Assembly: GCA_965220805.1 (NCBI GenBank)
Contig: OZ244844.1
Span: 3,527,262-3,591,261 of the forward strand
Direction of reading: 5' to 3'
Length of the DNA: 64,000 nt
Source of the DNA: Alphaproteobacteria bacterium
Lineage (GTDB): Bacteria; Pseudomonadota; Alphaproteobacteria; SP197
Under the pieces are notes generated by a model, which worked only from the letters and a program-made list of their open reading frames with translations, did no database searches and was not told the DNA's origin. Numbering within the stretch: the first letter of the stretch is position 1; each line of letters begins with the position of its first letter. Of the stretch, positions 1 to 7,068 are shown piece after piece. The position numbers were made by a program, and so were the translations under genes.

Positions 1-2
1 GG

Positions 3-866
3 TTGTGGGATCTCATGTTCCGTCATGCCAGCGTTCCCGGGGTAGGCGGGGTCGTGAGCTACGCGATCAGCGCGGTTGATCTCGCCTTGTGGGATCTCAA
101 GGGAAAACTCCTGCAGCGCCCGGTCTATGAACTGCTGGGCGGGCCGGCGCACGCGGAGGTCTTCTGCTATGCCACCGGCCATGACATCGAGTGGATGCTC
201 GAATCGGGTTTCCAGGCGGTCAAGCTGCCATGCTTTCTGGGTGAGGCGCAGGGCATTGTGGCCCTCGAGAGGATCGAGGAGAAGGTGGCGCAGGCCAGGG
301 AGATGCTCGGTCCCGAACGTGAACTGATGCTCGACTGCTGGGTGGCCAGCGATGTCGAGTTCATGGTGAGGCTCGGCGAACGGTTGCGGCCCTATGGCCT
401 GAAGTGGCTTGAGGACTATCTCTACCCCGAGGACTTCGCCTCATACGAGGAACTGCGCAGGCGCCTGCCCTGGCAGACACTGGCGACCGGCGAGCGCTGG
501 TTTACCCATCTTCCCTTCGGCGAGGCAGCGGCGCGCCGCACCGTCGACATTTTCCAGCCCGACATCCGCTGGGTCGGAGGTGTGACGGCCTGTATCAAGA
601 TCGGTCACATCGCCGAAGGCGCCGGCCTCCAGGTGGCCCTCCACGGCGGTGTCAACGACTTGTTCGGCCAGCACCTGTGCTACGCCATGCCCAGCAACAT
701 GTGGGGTGAACTCTACATTGATTCTGCCCCCGGCATCCCGCTGGAGGAAGGCTGGCGGCCCACGCCGGGCATGGCCGTCCCGAATAACGGCCGCCTCATT
801 CCGCCGGCCACACCCGGTTTCGGAATCGAACTCACCCGCGACCAACTCGAGGCCATGTCCGACTGA
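3..866 (+). CDS. Enolase-superfamily acid-sugar dehydratase (L-rhamnonate dehydratase-like); 5' end lies outside the window
   Basis: The ORF is open to the window edge. Motifs AISAVDLALWDLKGK, LMLDCW, LKWLEDY and IFQPDIRWVGG are typical of the mandelate racemase/enolase superfamily barrel. The closest recalled match is the RhmD branch. Confidence 0.85.
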   Translation: MWDLMFRHASVPGVGGVVSYAISAVDLALWDLKGKLLQRPVYELLGGPAHAEVFCYATGHDIEWMLESGFQAVKLPCFLGEAQGIVALERIEEKVAQAREMLGPERELMLDCWVASDVEFMVRLGERLRPYGLKWLEDYLYPEDFASYEELRRRLPWQTLATGERWFTHLPFGEAAARRTVDIFQPDIRWVGGVTACIKIGHIAEGAGLQVALHGGVNDLFGQHLCYAMPSNMWGELYIDSAPGIPLEEGWRPTPGMAVPNNGRLIPPATPGFGIELTRDQLEAMSD

Positions 867-1251
867 TCAAGCCTGTACCCATCACCGCACGCCCAGCGCA
901 GCGGAATGGGTAGAAAAGGGACACCTGCGCGGGGTTGCCAAGTGGGCGACAGGCACCTCTCCGGCGACCCTCTCGATCATGACGGCTCCGCAGGTCAGGG
1001 CCACCCCGGAGCGCCCCCGAGACCACGATACCAGCGACGTGATCGGCAACGCGTTCGGCGGGTTCGGTGTTCGCCACGACGAGGTCGACCCATGCCACAC
1101 AGTACCCGGCCCACCTGGATGATGAAGCGCGGAATCGTCTTGCTTGACCTCGATGGGAACGTTGCTAGTCTGACGTCGAAGTGCGGGCATCTCGCTTGAA
1201 GACACGACACTGTCCGACCCCATCGCATCAATCCTTTTGGAGATCGAAAAC

Positions 1252-1482
1252 ATGGCAACCACCGAAGACCGCATCAGGCAGATCATCGCCGACAACATCG
1301 ATGCCGACCGTGATCCCGACTTCGACGCGAAGCTCGTCGACTCCGGCGTCTCGTCGATCGATTGCATTAACTTTTACAAGCTCGTGAACGATGAGTTCAG
1401 TCTGGGGCTGGTTGCCGACGAGTGCCGACAGTTCGAGACTCTGAGTCAGCTGGTTGAGTACATCAATCAGAAGGCCGCGTAA
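1252..1482 (+). CDS. Stand-alone acyl/peptidyl carrier protein (phosphopantetheine-binding)
   Basis: 76 aa from ATG 1252, with GGAG 9 nt upstream; the track ORF begins at TTG 1237. It has a carrier-protein helix pattern, with a candidate phosphopantetheine Ser in LVDSGVSSIDCINFYKLV. GC is visibly lower than in the neighbours. Confidence 0.75.
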   Translation: MATTEDRIRQIIADNIDADRDPDFDAKLVDSGVSSIDCINFYKLVNDEFSLGLVADECRQFETLSQLVEYINQKAA

Positions 1483-1912
1483 CAGCAAGCCCACACAGGC
1501 TGTCAGCGGGATTCCGGGGCCTTCACTTCTGACTTGCAGAGAGACCTCGGCGCCCCGGAGTTCCTGTCTCTCCGATCATCCGGATCGACGTTGCCGCTTG
1601 TCATGGATGGTGATGCAGATTCGCTGAAATGCCGAGGGCGTCCCGGCATCCGAAAGTCGGGTCAAAGAAAGTCGGTCTTGAGCCCATGCCGGCAAGTGGC
1701 CGTGCATCGTTCACCGTTGCAGAATCTCCCCTGAGAGTCCTTGTCGGTCTTCGAAGGTCCGCACGATGGGATCGTCACCGGGCGCGAGACGAACGAAACC
1801 GGCGCTGGCCAGTATCCGCCCTGTCGGGAAGGCCGGAGTTGTGCTTCGAGGATTTGAACGCGACCGAAGTCGCACGATAGAGTCTCCCGTCTGCCGACCG
1901 GGCGCTCCTGCA

Positions 1913-2617
1913 ATGATCCCGATGGAGAATTCATGGTGGAGTCCCTGGCGCGAGGTGGATGGCGTGGCCGTCATTCATGTCGACCTTGCGCCGGATGCCG
2001 GACGCGAAGCGTCGGCTGTCTCTTTGCTCGACGACAGCGAGAAAGCGCGCAGCAGCCGCTTCCGGTCGGTGCGGGCCCGGCGCGAGTTCGTCCTTTGCCG
2101 AGCGGCGCTTCGCATCAGCCTCGCCGAGCGCCTGGGCTGCTGCTGTGAACGGCTTTCTTTTGGCTTCCTGGAACACGGCAAGCCCTATGCCAGGCTCGCC
2201 GAACGGTCCGCCGACATCGCGTTCAACGTCAGTCACAGCGACGGACACGGCCTGATCGCGATCACCGACAAGGCGAGTGTCGGCGTCGACGTGGAGGAAC
2301 GAGCGCCTGAGCGCGACCTCGACGGCATCGGCAGCCTGGTGTACGGGCCCGAGGAGCGTCGGCTTCTGGGCAACGCTTCGGGTCCGGAGAAAGTGCAGTT
2401 CTTCTATCGCCTGTGGAGTATGAAGGAGGCGTTGATCAAGGCGCTCGGCACCGGATTCTCCCTGAGCCCGTCGGGATTCGAGGTTCCCGGACCGATATTG
2501 CAGGGAGAGCGATCCGCGATCTTCCGCTTCCCACATCTTCCGTCACAGGCGTGGCGTATCCTGGACTTGGGGGAGCCGCGTTTCGCCGCCGCGCTCGCCT
2601 ACCGAGTAACGCCTTGA
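1913..2617 (+). CDS. 4'-phosphopantetheinyl transferase, Sfp/EntD type
   Basis: Motifs FNVSHSDGHGLIAI, VGVDVEE and WSMKEALIKALG. The start is placed at ATG 1913, although the ORF is open from 1766. Confidence 0.85.
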   Translation: MIPMENSWWSPWREVDGVAVIHVDLAPDAGREASAVSLLDDSEKARSSRFRSVRARREFVLCRAALRISLAERLGCCCERLSFGFLEHGKPYARLAERSADIAFNVSHSDGHGLIAITDKASVGVDVEERAPERDLDGIGSLVYGPEERRLLGNASGPEKVQFFYRLWSMKEALIKALGTGFSLSPSGFEVPGPILQGERSAIFRFPHLPSQAWRILDLGEPRFAAALAYRVTP

Positions 2618-2696
2618 CCTAGACCGAAACCGGTTGAGAGTTGCATTGCCGGTCCACATTCCTGCTGCCTGTGCGTGCTTCAGGAAAGGTACGATC

Positions 2697-2864
2697 ATGG
2701 CGCTCGGCTGGTCCGGGAGCAGTCCCATGGCGGATGGCCGGGAGCCGGGAATCTCCTCCACCGGCGCGGCCACAGTGACACTGGCCCAGGCACCCCGTGT
2801 TCCCGGTGCAGATTGCCTCTCCGTCTTCTGGCGCATGCTGGAAGGAGAGAAGATGCATGATTGA
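2697..2864 (+). pseudogene. Possible remnant of a ketosynthase (PKS/FAS-like) N-terminus
   Basis: A 55-codon ORF (ATG 2697, AGGAAAGG upstream) ends in APRVPGADCLSVFWRMLEGEKMHD*. This resembles the KS-domain N-terminal signature (..CRFPGA.....FW..L..G.D..). No KS body follows in any frame. Confidence 0.25.
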
Positions 2865-2941
2865 GGGGCCCCCGGTTTTGGCCCCGGTCGTATCGACGAA
2901 CTGTTCCCTGAAGGCGAAGCGCAGCGGATTGCGTTTCCCGG

Positions 2942-3937
2942 TCACCCGTTCCAGCGCTGAAGCCACTGGCTCGTGGGACGAGAACGGCAGGTGGAACGAC
3001 GAGCGCCGGTTACGTCTTCCGGATCGCCATGCGTGGCCAGGGGGAGGTCGAGATTGGTCAGGTACTCGCGCACCATCGCAGCACAACGCGCAGGTTGCTC
3101 CAGTTGCAGAAAGTGCGACGCCTGTGGCACGAAGTCGTAGTCGACGGCCGACGCATGACTCAGGTCGAATGTGGGGAGATACGCGTAAGGCAGTGTCGGA
3201 TCGGCGCCGATGACCTTCGTCGGGCAGATCAGTGTCGACAGGTCCAGCAAGGGCGAGAAGCTCCTCACATACTCCGCGATCTGGGCTTCGTAATCGCGAG
3301 GACAGCACAGTTCGTAACCATCTCCCTCGGCGCTCTTGCGAAGGGTCGATTGGGCCATGAGATCGCGCACACCCGGCACGACGTGGGCGAACCCGGGAAC
3401 GATGGCCAGGACTTCTGCGTACTGCTGCCGGGATGTGAATCGCTCTGTCCGGCGACGGGTCATGGCGGCCGTCCGTTCCGCCGCCTCGATGAACTCCTGT
3501 TCGCTGGCGGCGGGCTTGCAGAGAGGCGGATCGAAGAGAACCAGCGCGGAATAGGCATCATTGAATGACAGCAGGGCGACAAGTGTCGACAATGAATGAA
3601 ACACGCCGACCGTCGTCTTTTCGCCGTACTCCCGGACGATGGCGTCGAGAATGATGTCATGGTCGAGAATCAGTGTCGGAATGTTGTGATCCCTCTGGAC
3701 ACCGACCGCGTTCCAGCCGTGGTTCCTCAGATCGTAGACCATCAGGTCGAAGTCATTTGCGAGCAACGACCAGAATGGATAGTAGAGGTCGGCCGCGAGG
3801 CCGTTGCCGTGGGTCAGGACGAGCCGGGGACCGGACGGGTTGCCGTGTCGCCGCACGGTGGTCACGGTGCTCTCGTCAAGCCGGACGTCGCACGTGGCAA
3901 GAGGCTCGGGTATCGTCCACATCGTTGCTTCCGTCAT
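2942..3937 (-). CDS. Alpha/beta-fold hydrolase, paralogue 1 (intact)
   Basis: LVLTHGNGLAADLYY (oxyanion region), VGVFHSLSTLV (nucleophile elbow) and ASHFLQLEQP (catalytic His near the C-terminus). The start is placed at ATG 3937, although the ORF is open to 4183. Confidence 0.85.
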   Translation of the reverse strand: MTEATMWTIPEPLATCDVRLDESTVTTVRRHGNPSGPRLVLTHGNGLAADLYYPFWSLLANDFDLMVYDLRNHGWNAVGVQRDHNIPTLILDHDIILDAIVREYGEKTTVGVFHSLSTLVALLSFNDAYSALVLFDPPLCKPAASEQEFIEAAERTAAMTRRRTERFTSRQQYAEVLAIVPGFAHVVPGVRDLMAQSTLRKSAEGDGYELCCPRDYEAQIAEYVRSFSPLLDLSTLICPTKVIGADPTLPYAYLPTFDLSHASAVDYDFVPQASHFLQLEQPARCAAMVREYLTNLDLPLATHGDPEDVTGARRSTCRSRPTSQWLQRWNG

Positions 3938-4250
3938 GGCACTTGTGTCCGGTGTCCTCATTGATGCAGTGCCTGGAACGGGACACGGCATGGCTTTACT
4001 GGTCGCCCACGTCACTGCACTGTTCACGGGAAACCCGGACGATTCGGTTTCCCTTGAACGCAGGAACTGGAGGGACCGTTGTCCGTTGCTGTGTGGTGAT
4101 CCCCCGCGGATCCTGGAAGTCCGGGGGAGCTTCCTCTCGTTGGCCCTTGGGTCAATGTCCCACAGTTTGCGTCCTGACGCCACTCAAGTAGCGGACGTCC
4201 CTTCCCTGCCACGTTCTAGCGCCCGTCCTGCGGGCCTTTCAGGTGCGCGG
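3100..4250. repeat. Direct repeat copy A (hydrolase coding core plus its upstream leader)
   Basis: Hand alignment with 7419-8540. The coding core differs at roughly 5 % of nucleotides, includes a run of about 190 identical nt, and shows 7 amino-acid changes in 252 residues. Upstream of the start codon the homology continues but is much more diverged and carries indels. Confidence 0.9.
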
Positions 4251-4728
4251 CTTCGAGAACGCCTCCGGATCGGCGGCGAACCTGGCAAGTGTGCTGACCG
4301 GGACGTGGCGGGGTTTCGACGGCATGCGCGTCCGGATGTCCTCGGGTGATCGACGGGAGGTGGTCAGTGTAGCGATTTTCTCTTTGGCGATCATGCTCTT
4401 TGGAAACGGCCGGCGTGTTCCCGTGGAATTCGACCCGCCACCGTCTGCGGCGTCAGCGTTCGCGCCGCAGTCTGTTCATCAGGATCGGCCAGAATACCGA
4501 CAACTGTGACATGCGCTGCTGATGCGTGAGCGATAGCCCATCTTCTCGCAATGGCTGCACCCATGTTTGCCGAAAACCTCAGCGCCGGATCGAGTGTTGC
4601 GAACGGGCGACGCAGCGTGTATTCACCGTGTCCGCACTCGATGGCCCGTCCTTGAAGGCGGGTTCGCCGGAATGTGGAGTCCTGCAAGATCTCGGTTGGC
4701 CAAAGTCCCTGCTCCTTGAGGTGCACCA

Positions 4729-5934
4729 GTGAAATCAGCCGTGCATGGCAAACGATGGGCGCAAGAGTATCGCGATCTCGGAACGGGACCGCTGACCACC
4801 GAGCCCTACATTTCCGAGCGATACTTTGCCCTGGAGCGAGACCGTGTCTTTCGTCGCAGCTGGCTCTATGTCGGTCGTGTCGAGGAGATTTCACAACCTG
4901 GCGACTATTTCGTTCGGGACATAGCGATGTGCCGCGTCTCGGTGCTGATCATGCGGGGTTCGGACAGCGTTGTGCGCGGCTTTCACAATGTCTGTTCGCA
5001 CCGCGGCAACACGTTGGTACAGGACGAGCGGGGCTCCTGTCCCGGCAGGGTTTTCTGCCAGTTCCACAGCTGGGTCTACAAGGACACAGGCGAACTGCTT
5101 CACGTGCCTGACGAGGAGAACTTCCATGACCTCGACAAGAGCGAGCACGGCCTGACGCCGGTGAACACGGACATCTGGGAGGGCTTCATCTTCGTCCACC
5201 TCGATCCCGAGCCTGCCTGGACGCTGCGCGACTATCTCGATGATGTCGCCGACCGGCTCGATGGATGTCCGTTCCACGAGATGGAACTCTTTCAAGTCTA
5301 CAGAGTGGAGGAACGCGCCAATTGGAAGATCGGGCTGGACGCCCAGAACGAGTTGTATCACTTGCCGTTCCAGCATCGCCGGACGCTGGGCGACGTGTTT
5401 GCGACGAATGACGTGTCGGGGAGCCGTTTCAAGGACGTCAGACTTTATCGGCGTCACAGTGCCTGGGAGGGTGAGTACCGGCGGTTCCAGAGCCTGACGC
5501 CGCTCAAGATCGCCCTGTTTGTGAACCGGGACGACACGCCGGCCTTCGACGTGCCGCAAGTGCCGGATGGAATGATTCACTTCAATCTGTTTCCGAACAC
5601 CGTGTTGACGCTCTTCAAGGTGGGGAAATCGACAAGCTGCATCACCTACAATTTCTGGCCGGTAGCCGTCGACCGCACGGTCTGGGAGATTCGCTTTCAT
5701 TTCAGGCCGGCCGCCACCATAGGCGAGCGGATCCAGCAAGAGTACTTCAAGTGCCTGATCCGCGAGACGCTGCAGGAGGACACGGCGGCGCATGAGAGCG
5801 TTCATGCAGGCATCGCTTCCCGCGCGAAGCCGCATATCCTCCTGCAGGATGACGAAGTGCCGATACGCCACTTTCGGAAAGTCCTTGACGCTTGCATCGG
5901 CGAGGATCAGCTCGCGGGCTCCGGTTCGCCGTGA
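4729..5934 (+). CDS. Rieske [2Fe-2S] non-haem-iron oxygenase, alpha (catalytic) subunit
   Basis: Rieske motif CSHRGN..(17)..CQFHSW and mononuclear-iron motif DAQNELYHLPFQH. GTG start at 4729 with GAGG 7 nt upstream. Confidence 0.9.
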   Translation: MKSAVHGKRWAQEYRDLGTGPLTTEPYISERYFALERDRVFRRSWLYVGRVEEISQPGDYFVRDIAMCRVSVLIMRGSDSVVRGFHNVCSHRGNTLVQDERGSCPGRVFCQFHSWVYKDTGELLHVPDEENFHDLDKSEHGLTPVNTDIWEGFIFVHLDPEPAWTLRDYLDDVADRLDGCPFHEMELFQVYRVEERANWKIGLDAQNELYHLPFQHRRTLGDVFATNDVSGSRFKDVRLYRRHSAWEGEYRRFQSLTPLKIALFVNRDDTPAFDVPQVPDGMIHFNLFPNTVLTLFKVGKSTSCITYNFWPVAVDRTVWEIRFHFRPAATIGERIQQEYFKCLIRETLQEDTAAHESVHAGIASRAKPHILLQDDEVPIRHFRKVLDACIGEDQLAGSGSP

Positions 5935-5952
5935 AAAGACGGAGGATACGCG

Positions 5953-6276
5953 ATGAGTGAGCCGCTGCTGCCGGAGATGTTCGCAGATCTCGAGCCCTTC
6001 GCGGATTGGGCGCGCGAGCCGGAGCGGGCGCGAACCGAAAGGAAGGAGGCGGCCTCAGTGGAGGAAATCCGCGCCTTCTACGATGCAATGATGCTGCGGT
6101 TCGATGAGATTCTCGACTATCTTCAGAACCACTTCGGTAACGACATGCCGGCCCCGGCGCACCGCCTCTACCTGATGTCGCTGTCGCTGATCGAGGTTGC
6201 CAGCCTCGTCGAACTCTACAAGCGACGCGAGGCCATTGAAGCGTGCGATCCGCTGCGCTACGAGGCGCGGTTCTGA
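5953..6276 (+). CDS. Hypothetical 107-aa acidic, helical protein, coupled to the Rieske oxygenase
   Basis: ATG lies 18 nt after the oxygenase stop, with GGAGG upstream. No family was recognised. Confidence 0.6.
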   Translation: MSEPLLPEMFADLEPFADWAREPERARTERKEAASVEEIRAFYDAMMLRFDEILDYLQNHFGNDMPAPAHRLYLMSLSLIEVASLVELYKRREAIEACDPLRYEARF

Positions 6277-6536
6277 GCGAAAGACGGACCGGACACCCGT
6301 CTGCCGAAGAGACCTAAGCGGAACTTCCTGGGCTCAAGAGTGGCCGAGTGTCCCCCAACTTTCTGATTTGAGGCATTGTTGGGCTGAGAGCCCCAGTTTC
6401 AACCTGCCATGCTTATGGGAACAGCGCGATCGGATGCCTGATCCGCCGGCGCACCTTCTCCTTCTCGGACTCGATGCGGGCGAGGAACCCTTTCGCCGCT
6501 TCCTGGGTGCCGCTCCGCCCGTCCCGCCGGGACCGC

Positions 6537-6989
6537 TCACGGATCGGGACGTGCGAAACGGCACCGGGAGTGGACTTCGGTCCATTCCTCGTTGGTGTCA
6601 CTTGCTGCTGTGTCGTAGTCGCACTCGACCTTGAGACCCGTGTAGGCGCCTTCGGCACCGATCATGTCGTGAGTCCCGGATGTCCCGCTTCTGAGTGATC
6701 GCACGTACAGCTTGCCGTTCGGCAAGGTCAACTCGGACACGGCAACGATGTCGCCGTCCGCGATCCAGGCCAAGACCAGTCCCGTGCCCTTGTGGCCGGC
6801 TTCGAAAGGCCGATCCGCAGGGTCCACGATCTCCACGTCGCAGCGGGACTGGCCGGCTGTCGTATCGCCCACCTCGACGTAAACCGGCCGGCACACGCTG
6901 ACGGTGGAGAACTCGCCGGAATCATCATCGGCAGCCACCGCCGCGGACATCGCGAGAAGAACGGCGCACATCAGGTTCGTTCGCATCAT
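6537..6989 (-). CDS. Small secreted protein (signal peptide, four Cys in the mature part)
   Basis: MMRTNLMCAVLLAMSAAVAADD is a signal-peptide-like N-terminus, with GGGAG upstream of ATG 6989. The ORF is open to 7049. It lies 80 nt downstream of hydrolase paralogue 2 on the same strand. Confidence 0.6.
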   Translation of the reverse strand: MMRTNLMCAVLLAMSAAVAADDDSGEFSTVSVCRPVYVEVGDTTAGQSRCDVEIVDPADRPFEAGHKGTGLVLAWIADGDIVAVSELTLPNGKLYVRSLRSGTSGTHDMIGAEGAYTGLKVECDYDTAASDTNEEWTEVHSRCRFARPDP

Positions 6990-7068
6990 GCAGGGCTCCC
7001 ATCTTTTCTTGCGGCCGGACACAGTATGGACCTTCTGCCTCGACCGCAACGTCCAGCGTCCTGTCCCG

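Noticed and set aside
880-1230. Possible decayed gene on the minus strand between the dehydratase and the carrier protein (peptide-like stretches such as VDLVVANTEPAERVADHVAGIVVSG and IPRFIIQVGRV in different frames)
   Set aside because: No recognisable family or motif. The stretches are short and frame-hopping, which is also what chance ORFs look like in GC-rich DNA.
1640-1800. Cobalamin-riboswitch-like fragments on the minus strand (CTGCAACGGTGAA, GGCCACTTG, two AAGACCGAC boxes)
   Set aside because: The elements are in the wrong order and spacing relative to the B12 consensus. There is also no minus-strand gene downstream to regulate, because the carrier-protein gene lies on the plus strand.
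1845-1875. tRNA-like element: GAGGATTTGAACGCG resembles the reverse complement of a tRNA T-arm (GGTTCAAATCC), suggesting a tRNA gene or an integration-site remnant
   Set aside because: The flanking bases do not form a 5-bp T-stem. No acceptor stem or anticodon arm could be folded on either strand.
4391-4728. Minus-strand ORF (part of 4391..4894) in the hydrolase/Rieske divergent region that might be a regulator remnant
   Set aside because: Its 5' third is antisense to the well-supported Rieske gene. No DNA-binding or other motif was recognised, and no plausible start lies outside the overlap.
4891-5871. Long antisense or alternative-frame ORFs (e.g. 4891..5871 -, 8529..9308 -, 10557..11861 +, 15757..17013 +, 17194..18567 -, 20317..21312 -, 22053..23129 +, 34886..36070 -, 46490..47632 +)
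   Set aside because: Each lies entirely over a gene with strong family motifs on the other strand or frame. Their translations are Arg/Gly/Pro/Ala-rich low-complexity sequence, typical of shadow ORFs in high-GC genomes.
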